DNA of 21,156 nt from Gemmatimonadaceae bacterium (GTDB lineage: Bacteria; Gemmatimonadota; Gemmatimonadetes; Gemmatimonadales; Gemmatimonadaceae): the NCBI GenBank assembly GCA_044224875.1, contig JBGAJQ010000082.1, positions 1-21,156 of the forward strand, written 5' to 3'. Shown piece after piece: positions 1 to 8,540 of this stretch (its first letter is position 1; each line of letters starts with the position of its first letter). The notes beneath the pieces are model-generated. The model had not been told where the DNA came from. It searched no databases and saw only the letters and a program-made list of their open reading frames with translations. The position numbers and the translations under genes were made by a program.

Positions 1-309
1 GCCGGCACCTTGGCCAGCGGGCCACTGCAATGTCCCTGTCCGGAGACCATCGGCGAGATCGCCGGGACCCTGCGGCTTCGCAGTCGAGCCCTCCGTCTGG
101 CGCTTCGAGAGGCGACCGAGGAGTCGTTGGCGGCCCCGGTGACCTTGCCGTCCGGAGTGGGAAAACGGGAGAAGATCACCAAACTCGATCTTCTCTGGAC
201 GCTCTTGAACGACCAGATTCATCACCGCGGACAGCTGACGGTCTACCTTCGAATGGCCGGAGGTCGGGTGCCCTCCGTATACGGACCGACAGCGGATGAA
301 CCTTGGTGA
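1..309 (+). CDS. DinB/YfiT-family protein, 5'-truncated by the window edge
   Basis: Frame is open from base 1 to TGA at 307-309. The C-terminus DQIHHRGQLTVYLRMAGGRVPSVYGP matches the DinB HHRGQL..YLR..G..VP motif. Confidence 0.85.
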   Translation, partial: AGTLASGPLQCPCPETIGEIAGTLRLRSRALRLALREATEESLAAPVTLPSGVGKREKITKLDLLWTLLNDQIHHRGQLTVYLRMAGGRVPSVYGPTADEPW

Positions 310-382
310 TCGTAATTCTGTCGTTGGCCCACGCACCCCCACGGCAGGGCGAAACCGACCTGAACCGAACCGGAGAATAGCA

Positions 383-829
383 ATGAGCAGGCCACTAATT
401 CGTGCGATGTCCCCCGTTGTTGCGGCTGCCTTGGTCTTTGCCTGTGGTGGCGGCGGAGAGAAGGCGGCGGACTCGCAGGCCACTGCCCAGGACTCTGCGG
501 CGGCGGCCGCTGCGGCAGCGCCAGCACCTGAGACATTCAGCCTAGTCGGCGCGAGCCCCAATTGGTCCGTGGAGTTGGCACCGACTGGCATTCTCTTCAA
601 GGCGCCAAAGGCCACCAAGAAGGGTGACACCATCCAGTTCGAGTACAAGGCCCCCTCGGTCAACGGCGCGATTCGCGAAGTGACCGTGATTCGCATGCAG
701 CCCGACACGCATCGCATCGACATCACCTTGGCGATGACGAAGTGCAAGGCGGGCGACAAGGAAATGGATTGGAAGGCGACCGTTTGGGTGGACCAGAAGG
801 CCTACAACGGCTGCGCAACCAGGAAGTAG
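383..829 (+). CDS. Predicted lipoprotein (COG3650-like small periplasmic domain)
   Basis: GGAGA RBS at 372-376 and ATG at 383. Signal peptide with lipobox LVFA-C, then an Ala-rich linker. The domain has GASPNWSVEL and a C-terminal Cys pair (TKC...NGC) resembling the G.EP.W...C...GC lipoproteins. Confidence 0.7.
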   Translation: MSRPLIRAMSPVVAAALVFACGGGGEKAADSQATAQDSAAAAAAAAPAPETFSLVGASPNWSVELAPTGILFKAPKATKKGDTIQFEYKAPSVNGAIREVTVIRMQPDTHRIDITLAMTKCKAGDKEMDWKATVWVDQKAYNGCATRK

Positions 830-841
830 CGACCAACTGCG

Positions 842-870
842 GGTGCGTCCGGTGTTGCACCGGACGCACC
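842..870. terminator. Perfect 13-bp inverted repeat; likely bidirectional terminator between convergent genes
   Basis: ggtgcgtccggtg-ttg-caccggacgcacc lies between the stops at 829 (+) and 884 (-). There is no U-tract. Confidence 0.7.
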
Positions 871-883
871 AGCTGGCCGCAGG

Positions 884-1573
884 CTAATCGGCGGACAGCT
901 CAAACACAGTGATGTCATGGGTACGACCCGAGAGGCCCGCCTGGCGGCGTGTTGAGGCGCCCAGGCGCAATCCGAGACGTTTGGCCTCTTCGAGGAAGGG
1001 TTCCACAGCCACCCGACCGGGGTCGGCTAGCCACGCCACTCCTCCCGGCGCGAGAAGTCGGTGAACGGCTTGCGCCACCAGCGGGCCGTACGCTCGCTCG
1101 TAGAGCACGTCGGCTGCCAGAACCACGGCGTAACTACCGATGTCGCCCGGAAGTGAACGCCAGTCGAGGTGGCGCGTCCCTCGCAGATGCCCGCCGTTTC
1201 CAGCGACATTTGAACGACAGAAGACGAGCGCGTCCTCGTAGTAGTCCGCTGCGGTCACGTCAAACCCGGCACGCGCGGCGCACAGCGACACGAGTCCCAC
1301 GCCGCACCCGAGTTCGATCGCCGAACGACCGCCCGCAGCTTGTTCCATGACGTGCTCGCCGAGCGCTACCGCGGAAGGCCACAATTCCGCCCAGTACGGA
1401 AGCCGTTCGTCACGGGCAAAGTCCTCCTCGCTGATCAACGCGTCGGCGTCCGCGGGGTGAACGATCCGGAAGGTTGTGGTTCCCACCTGCACGTCGCGTT
1501 GCGTGACCTTGAAGCGCCGGCGGACGTCGGCAGGCAAAGTTGGAGCTGTCGGAAACGGGCTGCGTGAACTCAC
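884..1573 (-). CDS. Class I SAM-dependent methyltransferase, Methyltransf_16 / METTL21-like putative protein methyltransferase
   Basis: Motifs PYWAELWPSA, motif I IELGCGVGL, LDW and AADVLY (DxxY). The GTG start overlaps the moeA TGA (GTGA). Confidence 0.85.
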   Translation of the reverse strand: MSSRSPFPTAPTLPADVRRRFKVTQRDVQVGTTTFRIVHPADADALISEEDFARDERLPYWAELWPSAVALGEHVMEQAAGGRSAIELGCGVGLVSLCAARAGFDVTAADYYEDALVFCRSNVAGNGGHLRGTRHLDWRSLPGDIGSYAVVLAADVLYERAYGPLVAQAVHRLLAPGGVAWLADPGRVAVEPFLEEAKRLGLRLGASTRRQAGLSGRTHDITVFELSAD

Positions 1574-2820
1574 CAGGAGAACGTGCTGGAGAGCTGGGCG
1601 TCCTCGGTCAGCGGTATGGCGTGCAAGGTCTCGCCGGCCTCCACCGTGGGGCGGTCCTCCGGCACGACCACCAGCGCGTTGGCGTACGCCATGGAGGTGA
1701 GGATGCCGGACCCCTGCGGACCCGTGAGGCGGGCCGATGCCTTGCCGTCAGGGCCAACAGTCATGATGGCCCGCAGAAAGTGCGTCAACCGGGCACCGAT
1801 CGTTACCCGGTCCTCCAACACGACCGGCACGGCGCGTCGGAAGAGTTGCTGGTGGCCCAGCATACGTCGGATGACTGGCCGTACAAACAACTCGAACGTC
1901 ACCATCGCCGAGACGGGATTCCCGGGCAGCCCGATCCATGGAGTCTGGCCGAGGACGCCAAACCCGATGGGTGCGCCTGGTCGCATCCGTACCTTCCAGA
2001 AGTCGAGCGAAGCGCCCAGTGACGCGAGCACGCTCCGCGTGTAGTCGAACTCACCGACCGAAGCGCCGGCCGATGTGACGATGAGGTCCGCTCCCGCCGA
2101 TTGCAGCAGCAGCTCGCGCAGTGAGTCTGGGGTGTCGGCAGCGTTTCCCAGAACGTTAGGCACTCCGCCGGCCGCACTGACCAGCGCGCTCAACGTATAG
2201 CTATTCGACGAAACGATCTTCTCTCCGGCCAGTACCTCGGCGAACCGGTCCAGGTCGACGAGCTCGTCGCCAGACCCGGCGATGGCGACGCGTGGTCGAC
2301 GATGAACGTCCACCGCCGACTGACCCAGCGACGCCAACACCCCGATTTGTGCTGCGCCGACTGGCGTGCCCGCGACCAGCACCGTCTGCCCACTCCGAAA
2401 GTCCTCACCCTTCGGCCGCACATTGCGGCCGGCGTCGCGGTCGTTGCGAATGGCCACCACCTCGGTGCCGCCGTCGGTGTCCTCGACTCGAATGACGCCG
2501 TCGCACCCCGCCGGCAGCGGCGCGCCGGTCATGATACGACTGCAACGGCCCGGGCCAACGGCCATCGTGGGCATCCGTCCCGCCGCAATCGTCTCCAGCA
2601 CCGTCAGATGCACCGGTCGATCCGCGGTGGCGCCTGCCACGTCCGCACTGCGCACAGCGTAGCCGTCCATCGCCGAATTGTCCCAGTGGGGCAGGGTGTA
2701 CGTAGCGACCGCTGGCGATGCCAGCACACGTCCCACAGACTCGAGGAGCGGGACACGCTCGATCGGGAGTCGCTCGATCCGCGCCAGGATGCGCGCCGAT
2801 GCGTCCGGTACGGAGAGCAC
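1570..2820 (-). CDS. moeA: Molybdopterin molybdotransferase MoeA (gephyrin-like)
   Basis: Motifs DNSAMDGYA, IMTGAPLP.GCD, GDEL, SAGASVGEFD, MRPGAP, LPGNPVSA and QGSG.L.SM..AN. The GTG start overlaps the upstream TAG by 1 nt. Confidence 0.96.
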   Translation of the reverse strand: MLSVPDASARILARIERLPIERVPLLESVGRVLASPAVATYTLPHWDNSAMDGYAVRSADVAGATADRPVHLTVLETIAAGRMPTMAVGPGRCSRIMTGAPLPAGCDGVIRVEDTDGGTEVVAIRNDRDAGRNVRPKGEDFRSGQTVLVAGTPVGAAQIGVLASLGQSAVDVHRRPRVAIAGSGDELVDLDRFAEVLAGEKIVSSNSYTLSALVSAAGGVPNVLGNAADTPDSLRELLLQSAGADLIVTSAGASVGEFDYTRSVLASLGASLDFWKVRMRPGAPIGFGVLGQTPWIGLPGNPVSAMVTFELFVRPVIRRMLGHQQLFRRAVPVVLEDRVTIGARLTHFLRAIMTVGPDGKASARLTGPQGSGILTSMAYANALVVVPEDRPTVEAGETLHAIPLTEDAQLSSTFSW

Positions 2821-4592
2821 TAGCGACCCCCGCCCAGACGCATGTTCGCCAGCCTCACCATCACGTCGTCCTGCAGCCGCTCGACCTCGCGGACGGGTAC
2901 CGTCCAGTTGTTGGCGAGGATCACGGCGATGAGGCGATGCCCGTCGGCCGTGGTGACGTACCCCGAGAGGGAGCGTACCATGTCTAGCGTCCCGGTCTTG
3001 GCACGAACGTTCCCCTGGGCCGCCGTGCCGCGCATGCGACCAGCGATGGTACCGTCCACGCCGGCCACCGGCAGGGCGTCGTAAAAAACGGAAAAATTCG
3101 GGCTGCGTTGCATGGCGTCGAGCACCTTCGCGAGGGTCTCTGGCGTAACGACGTCATGACGCGACAAGCCGCTCCCGTCGCGGACCACGAATCCGTCGGG
3201 CGATGCACCCCACGCCAGCAACTGCAACCGGACCACGGATCGAGCGCTGTCTGCCGTGCCCGATCCCGTGCGGCTCCGACCAAGGGTCTTGAACAGGACC
3301 TCGCCAATCTGGTTTTGAGAGGGCTTTTCGAACGCCGCCAGCACCTCGCGTAGCGGAGGAGAGGCCGTCGAGAATAGCGGAACGGACCCGCCAGATGCAA
3401 CTCCGCGCGCGTCGGGTGCGGCGTCGGGCGTCTCGACGCGACTCAGGATTCCGCCATCCACCACAATCCCGCGCGACGCCAAGGCCTCATGCAATGCCGT
3501 CAAGTACGCGGCGGTCTGGTCGCGATAGGTGATCTCCAGCGTATCACTGGCTCCGGGCGCGATGGTTCCCGACAGGATCACGCCGTATGTGTTGCTGCTG
3601 TCGTGCAGGAGGGACAGAGTGTGGTGTGACACGGCTGCTGTTCGCGCGGCCACCCGTACCGAAGGATACGTCCGCGCTGGCAGCGTGGTGACCTGAACGG
3701 GATCGCCGATGGTGGCGCCGCCGCGCACTACCACGCGGCTGAATCCTTCGTTCACGTACAACTCGTCGACCCCTGCAGCGTACGCATAATCGAGGTCATC
3801 CCACGACCACCCAAAGCCCAGCGCCGCGTCTGGAAACGCATCCAGCGCCGTCACCAATCGACCCGCGATGCGATGGATCCCGCGCGTGACCAGCGAATCG
3901 GCCACTGCGGTGAAGGCCGTCATGGCGTCCCCACGCATGTGATCGGATAGGCTGGGATCTCCCGTTCCCATCACCAGCAAGTCTCCGTCCAGGGTGCCAT
4001 TGGTGATGGCAGCGCGACTGGCGAACGTCGTTGAAAAGCGAAAGTCGGGGCCTAACGCGGCAAGCGCGACGGCGCCGGTGATCAACTTCTGGTTGGACGC
4101 AGGGATGAACAACTTGCCCGCATTGTGCGAGTACAGCGTATCGCCTCGTTCCGGGTCCACGATGAGGATGCCCAGCTGCGCACTGCGAAACTTCGGATCG
4201 GCCACCAGGGAGTCGATCGTGTGCGTCAGACTCAGGCGCGGTGATGGCGCGGTCGCGGCCCGGCGATTGGTACACCCCGCCCCAATGAGCGCGAACAGAA
4301 GCGCCAGGAGGGTCGGCCCCTTCGCCGTGAGCTTGCGCGTCTTCCAGTTCCACCACTTGAGCAACTCGGCTCGCGGTCGCTCTTCCCGCGCGAAGTACAC
4401 CGCACAACGAAACGAGTACAGGACACACGGATCCTGGTACGCGCCGCGGAGCTTCATCAGTCGTTGGTACATTCGCTCCGGATCGCGACGAGCGAGCTGA
4501 CGCACGCTATGAATCCCCAGGTCATGGAGGTCCTGGGCCAGGCTCTTGCCTATCGAGGGTACCGCGAGGAGTTCGTCTGGAGGTGGTCGCAT
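2820..4592 (-). CDS. dacB: D-Ala-D-Ala carboxypeptidase/endopeptidase PBP4 (peptidase S13) with an N-terminal fused Cdd1-like helix-hairpin-helix domain
   Basis: Catalytic motifs SxxK (PASNQK), SxN (SQN) and KTG (AKTGTL), plus GDPSL and DGSGLSR. Residues 1-84 look like a complete Cdd1/'pathogenicity locus' small protein (PSIGKSLAQDL..LGI, DPCVLYSFRCAVYFA, KWWNWK). Residues ~85-107 form a lipoprotein-type signal ending IGAG-C. Confidence 0.9.
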   Translation of the reverse strand: MRPPPDELLAVPSIGKSLAQDLHDLGIHSVRQLARRDPERMYQRLMKLRGAYQDPCVLYSFRCAVYFAREERPRAELLKWWNWKTRKLTAKGPTLLALLFALIGAGCTNRRAATAPSPRLSLTHTIDSLVADPKFRSAQLGILIVDPERGDTLYSHNAGKLFIPASNQKLITGAVALAALGPDFRFSTTFASRAAITNGTLDGDLLVMGTGDPSLSDHMRGDAMTAFTAVADSLVTRGIHRIAGRLVTALDAFPDAALGFGWSWDDLDYAYAAGVDELYVNEGFSRVVVRGGATIGDPVQVTTLPARTYPSVRVAARTAAVSHHTLSLLHDSSNTYGVILSGTIAPGASDTLEITYRDQTAAYLTALHEALASRGIVVDGGILSRVETPDAAPDARGVASGGSVPLFSTASPPLREVLAAFEKPSQNQIGEVLFKTLGRSRTGSGTADSARSVVRLQLLAWGASPDGFVVRDGSGLSRHDVVTPETLAKVLDAMQRSPNFSVFYDALPVAGVDGTIAGRMRGTAAQGNVRAKTGTLDMVRSLSGYVTTADGHRLIAVILANNWTVPVREVERLQDDVMVRLANMRLGGGR

Positions 4593-4613
4593 GGCAAGCG
4601 AATAGTGGGTCCG

Positions 4614-5150
4614 TCAACGACGCATGATCTGCCGCTCCACCAGTTGCACCAGTTGATCCACAGCATCGGGCGCGGTGAGCGGTATGACAGGAATGGAGAC
4701 GTTCAACTGAGGCGCGTCCGTGATGATGGCCCGATAGTATGTTGATCGATCCGAGTCCGCGAGATAGAGCGGTTCGAGGCCGAGTGCGGTGCGATGGACT
4801 TCGACACGGGGCAGGTCCGACGCCTTGAAGCCCTCGCACACCACGATGTCGGCATCGCTCATGTATTGTGAGGCGATGTCCCTCGCGTTCCATTCGCTAC
4901 CATCGATTCGCATGACGAGGGCGAACTTGTCGGGGGCAAGCATCGCCACGCGTTCGGCCTCTCCTTCGTGGTAGTGACGGTAGGTGTCCGTCGTGGAAGG
5001 ATCGATATTGAAGGTGTGAGACCCGTGCTTGATGGTCATGACCCGATGGCCACGCCGGTGAAGGGCCGCCGCCAGCTGCACCACCCACGTGGTCTTCCCG
5101 GCATTCTTACGCCCGACGATCGTTATCAGCGGCGGCGTACCGTTCGGCAA
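4614..5150 (-). CDS. mobB: Molybdopterin-guanine dinucleotide biosynthesis protein B
   Basis: Walker A IVGRKNAGKTT, IKHGSH, DTYRH and D.VVCEGFK. TTG start is approximate and overlaps the end of mobA. Confidence 0.92.
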   Translation of the reverse strand: MPNGTPPLITIVGRKNAGKTTWVVQLAAALHRRGHRVMTIKHGSHTFNIDPSTTDTYRHYHEGEAERVAMLAPDKFALVMRIDGSEWNARDIASQYMSDADIVVCEGFKASDLPRVEVHRTALGLEPLYLADSDRSTYYRAIITDAPQLNVSIPVIPLTAPDAVDQLVQLVERQIMRR

Positions 5151-5730
5151 GGGCGAGATCCTCGGGGGAATTGATGTTCATGAAGATGTGCTCCGGATCG
5201 CCGAAGCGCGCGACGTCGGTGGCGGGAAGACGCGCCACGCGGACCACCGCGAAGAACGACACCACGCGTCGATCGCCCCGTGCCAGGGATTCCTCGATTG
5301 GCGGCTGGCACTCCGGCGTGTAATACGCGCACATCGGTTCCACGCCTCGCTTGGATCCGCTCTCCGGCACGGCCACGGCGGCGTCTTGCTCCTCGCCCAA
5401 CATGCGCAGCGTGGATAGCAATCCACTGGAGGCAAATGGCATGTCCCAGGCGAGCAGGAGAACGGGTCGGCGCGCGTGCGCGAGCGCCGCATGAATTCCA
5501 CCGAGACTGCCATTCCCTGGAAGGATGTCGGGACACACGCGGGTTCCCGGAAGCCAGTCGTGCGCTGCGGCGTCATTGGCGATCAGTAGCAGGTCGTCGG
5601 TAACCTCGCGCAGGGTGGCGGCGACGCGGTCGATGATCCGTCGTCGGCCCACGCTTTCCAGTCCCTTGGGAAGACCGCCGAAGCGCGTGGCGCCGCCGCC
5701 CGCGAGGATCACCCCAGTGCAAGGACGCAC
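5107..5730 (-). CDS. mobA: Molybdenum cofactor guanylyltransferase
   Basis: Motifs GVILAGG.ATRFGG.PK, GSLGGI, WDMPF, EPMCAYY and FMNINSPEDL. Confidence 0.93.
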   Translation of the reverse strand: MRPCTGVILAGGGATRFGGLPKGLESVGRRRIIDRVAATLREVTDDLLLIANDAAAHDWLPGTRVCPDILPGNGSLGGIHAALAHARRPVLLLAWDMPFASSGLLSTLRMLGEEQDAAVAVPESGSKRGVEPMCAYYTPECQPPIEESLARGDRRVVSFFAVVRVARLPATDVARFGDPEHIFMNINSPEDLALAERYAAADNDRRA

Positions 5731-5754
5731 GAACCTAGCGCGAGTGAACCGGGC

Positions 5755-6180
5755 TCAATCGCCGTACCGCGACCACAGCGTGGCGTCTTCCGCGACCGTG
5801 ACGCTGGATACGCGTACGGTGTCGCCTAACGCGCCCTGCACGCGATCGAAGATGAACCGTGCCAGGTTCTCGCCCGTGGGGATCAGCTGACCGTCCGCGA
5901 ACTCGGGGACATCGAGGTTGATGTTTCGATGATCGAATCGTACGGTGACCTGTTCGTGGAGGACGCGATCCAGCGCGCCCAAGTCCACGATCATCCCCGT
6001 GTCCGCATGCACCGGGCCGGCCACCGTCACGTCGCAGACATACGTGTGGCCATGGTAGTTCGGGTTGGCGCAGGCGCCGAAAACGTCGCGATTCCTTGCC
6101 TCATCCCATTCCGGCCGCCGGTACCGATGCGCCGCCGAAAACGTCACACGCCGGGTCAGGGAGGCAGTCGGTCGCATCAT
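5755..6180 (-). CDS. 6-pyruvoyl-tetrahydropterin / 6-carboxytetrahydropterin synthase family (PTPS/QueD)
   Basis: Motifs FSAAH, CANPNYHGHTY, G.....TGMIVD, FDHRNIN and PTGEN. Subtype is uncertain, so no symbol is given. Confidence 0.92.
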   Translation of the reverse strand: MMRPTASLTRRVTFSAAHRYRRPEWDEARNRDVFGACANPNYHGHTYVCDVTVAGPVHADTGMIVDLGALDRVLHEQVTVRFDHRNINLDVPEFADGQLIPTGENLARFIFDRVQGALGDTVRVSSVTVAEDATLWSRYGD

Positions 6181-6202
6181 GGTTCGTGGAGCCTGACGGC
6201 GA

Positions 6203-6907
6203 CTACCGGAAGTTCATGATCGTGATCCCCAGCGTCCACACATTGTTGCGACGCCACAGGTCCTTCTTCACCGAGGTCTGGAGCACGGCGGGGTCCGCCG
6301 TCGACTTGAGGTAGTAGCTGTCCGGGTAGTGCAGGCGGTACACGTACGACGACCAGTCCAGACGCACACTGCGCCCTCCATGCCGCACGTACTTCAAGCC
6401 GGAACCGAAGGTGAACGTGAACGGATAGCCGAACTGGAAGCCCCCCACGTCGGTGGTGCCTTTCAGGTCGCCGGTGAAGCCGACCCCGCCGTTGATCACC
6501 GGCGCCACGGAGTGCCAGGTCTTCGACCCGGTAAGCTGCATCTCGAAACCGGCATCGATCGCGACGAGCGGCACCTGTTCCGTCTTCGTCCGTCGCGTCG
6601 CGAGGGGAAGCTGCGGATTGACGACGTTTCGCTGCATCATGGAGCCGGCGACTCGCATCGTGAAATAGGCCGGTCCCCCCATGCGGAATGCGTACCGCTC
6701 ACCGATGAACGCGCCACCCTGCGGGGCGACGCTGGCGGGGTCGGCTCGCGCGTCGAAGTAGCCGGCGAACGTCGTCCATTCCTGACGGAACTCCATGTCA
6801 CGATACGGACTCTTCAGCGGTTCCGTCCCCACCTGGGCACGGAGTGGTATGGCGAAAGCGGCAGACGCCAACAAAGTGGCGCGGCACAGGACGCGTGCAG
6901 GATTCAT
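6203..6907 (-). CDS. Hypothetical secreted protein, probable outer-membrane beta-barrel
   Basis: ATG at 6907 overlaps the gpmI TGA (ATGA). Sec signal peptide ends ...PLRA-Q. The protein has alternating Gly/aromatic beta-strands and ends in WTLGITIMNFR. Confidence 0.72.
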   Translation of the reverse strand: MNPARVLCRATLLASAAFAIPLRAQVGTEPLKSPYRDMEFRQEWTTFAGYFDARADPASVAPQGGAFIGERYAFRMGGPAYFTMRVAGSMMQRNVVNPQLPLATRRTKTEQVPLVAIDAGFEMQLTGSKTWHSVAPVINGGVGFTGDLKGTTDVGGFQFGYPFTFTFGSGLKYVRHGGRSVRLDWSSYVYRLHYPDSYYLKSTADPAVLQTSVKKDLWRRNNVWTLGITIMNFR

Positions 6908-8445
6908 GAGGAGTGAGTGAGTCGCAAGTCGCGGCCGGTCATTTCCGCGGGCTGTGCAATGCCAAGCATGGAGAGGATGGTGGGTCCCACGTCGCACAAG
7001 GCGCCCCCGTCTCGCAACGGACGGTCGCCGTCGGGATCATGGATCACGAAGGGTACGGGGTTCGTCGTGTGCGCGGTATGTGGACCGCCGGTAGCGGGGT
7101 CGATCATCACTTCACAGTTGCCATGGTCAGCCGTCACGAGCAATCGAGCGCCAGCCCGTTCTGCGGCATCGATGACTCTCGTTAGGCATGTGTCCACCGT
7201 CTCGCACGCAGCGATCACGGCCGGCAAGACCCCCGTGTGCCCCACCATGTCGCAATTCGCGTAGTTACACAGCGTGAAATCATAGGATCCGCTCTCAATG
7301 GAGCGGCACAACGTGTCCGTCACGCCAATCGCGGACATCTCCGGTTGCAGGTCGTACGTCGCCACCTTGGGACTCGCGACCAGTTGTCGCTCCTCCCCCG
7401 CAAACGGGGTTTCGATGCCACCGTTGTAGAAGTACGTCACGTGCGGGTACTTCTCGGTTTCCGCCGTTCTGAACATCGTCATCCCCGTTTCGGACACTAC
7501 CTCAGCGACGATGCGAGCCATCGAAAACGGTGGAAACGCGACGGGATAGCTGAAGGTCTCGTCATACGACGTCATCGTGGCGAGCGTGAGCCGCGGGCGA
7601 TCGGGCACCGGAAATCCGTTGAACGCCGGATCAGACAGTGCGCGACACATTTGGCGCATGCGATCGGAGCGGAAGTTGAAGCATATGACGACGTCGCCGT
7701 CGCGCATGGGTGCCACCGGCGCGCCATTCGCCACGACGGTGGCCGGTGTGATGAACTCGTCCGTTTCACCGCGCGCATAGGCATCGCGGATGGCCTGCAC
7801 GGGGTCGGTGACCTGCGGCCCCGATCCACGCACCGTGGCGTCGTACCACTTCTGCACGCGATCCCAGCGCTTGTCGCGGTCCATGCCGAAGTACCGCCCA
7901 CCCAGACTGGCGATCACGGCGCGGCCGCGCACCCGGTCCAGCGTTTCCTGCATAAAGCCTAACGCGGACGTCGGCATCGTGTCACGCCCGTCGAGCAGCG
8001 CATGGATGGCGACCTTGGGCACCTTCATGCGTTCCGTCAGGTCGACCAGGGCGAACAGGTGTTCGTCCAACGCATGGACACCGCCGTCACCGAACAACCC
8101 CAGCAACTGCAGCGTGCCGCCCGACCGCTTCGCCTGCTCACAGGCGTTTACGAACGCCGGACGGGTAAAGAACGACCCATCCTCGATCGCTTCGGCGATT
8201 CGCACCAGGTCCTGCTTCACCACGCGACCCGCGCCCAGGTTCAAGTGTCCGACCTCGGAGTTTCCCATCTGGCCGGTTGGCAGTCCCACTCGGCGGCCAG
8301 ATGCTTCAAGCAGCGTCCGTGGCGAGCGTTCCCACAACTGCGTCCATGTAGGCATGCGCGCGAGGCGGACCGCGTTTCCGTCGCGCTCCTCCCGATATCC
8401 AAAACCATCAATCACCACAAGCACGACAGGTCGGCGACTGGCCAT
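6904..8445 (-). CDS. gpmI: 2,3-bisphosphoglycerate-independent phosphoglycerate mutase
   Basis: Motifs VLVVIDGFG, GQMGNSEVGH, DGRD, GRYFGMDRD, NFRSDR, AETEKYPHVT, DMVGHTG, TADHGN and TAHT. Confidence 0.98.
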   Translation of the reverse strand: MASRRPVVLVVIDGFGYREERDGNAVRLARMPTWTQLWERSPRTLLEASGRRVGLPTGQMGNSEVGHLNLGAGRVVKQDLVRIAEAIEDGSFFTRPAFVNACEQAKRSGGTLQLLGLFGDGGVHALDEHLFALVDLTERMKVPKVAIHALLDGRDTMPTSALGFMQETLDRVRGRAVIASLGGRYFGMDRDKRWDRVQKWYDATVRGSGPQVTDPVQAIRDAYARGETDEFITPATVVANGAPVAPMRDGDVVICFNFRSDRMRQMCRALSDPAFNGFPVPDRPRLTLATMTSYDETFSYPVAFPPFSMARIVAEVVSETGMTMFRTAETEKYPHVTYFYNGGIETPFAGEERQLVASPKVATYDLQPEMSAIGVTDTLCRSIESGSYDFTLCNYANCDMVGHTGVLPAVIAACETVDTCLTRVIDAAERAGARLLVTADHGNCEVMIDPATGGPHTAHTTNPVPFVIHDPDGDRPLRDGGALCDVGPTILSMLGIAQPAEMTGRDLRLTHSS

Positions 8446-8466
8446 CTGTGACGGGTTGCGCGAGAG

Positions 8467-8474
8467 GTTATACT
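8467..8474. promoter_or_regulatory. Overlapping candidate -10 hexamers of the divergent gpmI / LDT-cassette promoters
   Basis: The AT-rich patch gttatact reads TATACT on + (8469-8474) and TATAAC on - (8472-8467). It lies in the 95-bp divergent gap. No good -35 elements. Confidence 0.35.
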
Positions 8475-8540
8475 CGATTCAATGACAGACGGTGCAATGT
8501 ATGGGGCTGCCGATGCCCCTACCAGCGCAAATCCCAGCCG

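Noticed and set aside
2820..4592. dacB as a frameshifted pseudogene
   Set aside because: The frame is continuous and the SxxK, SxN and KTG motifs are all intact.
7237..8485. Several 150-240 aa + strand ORFs inside gpmI
   Set aside because: Shadow ORFs of a highly conserved gene.
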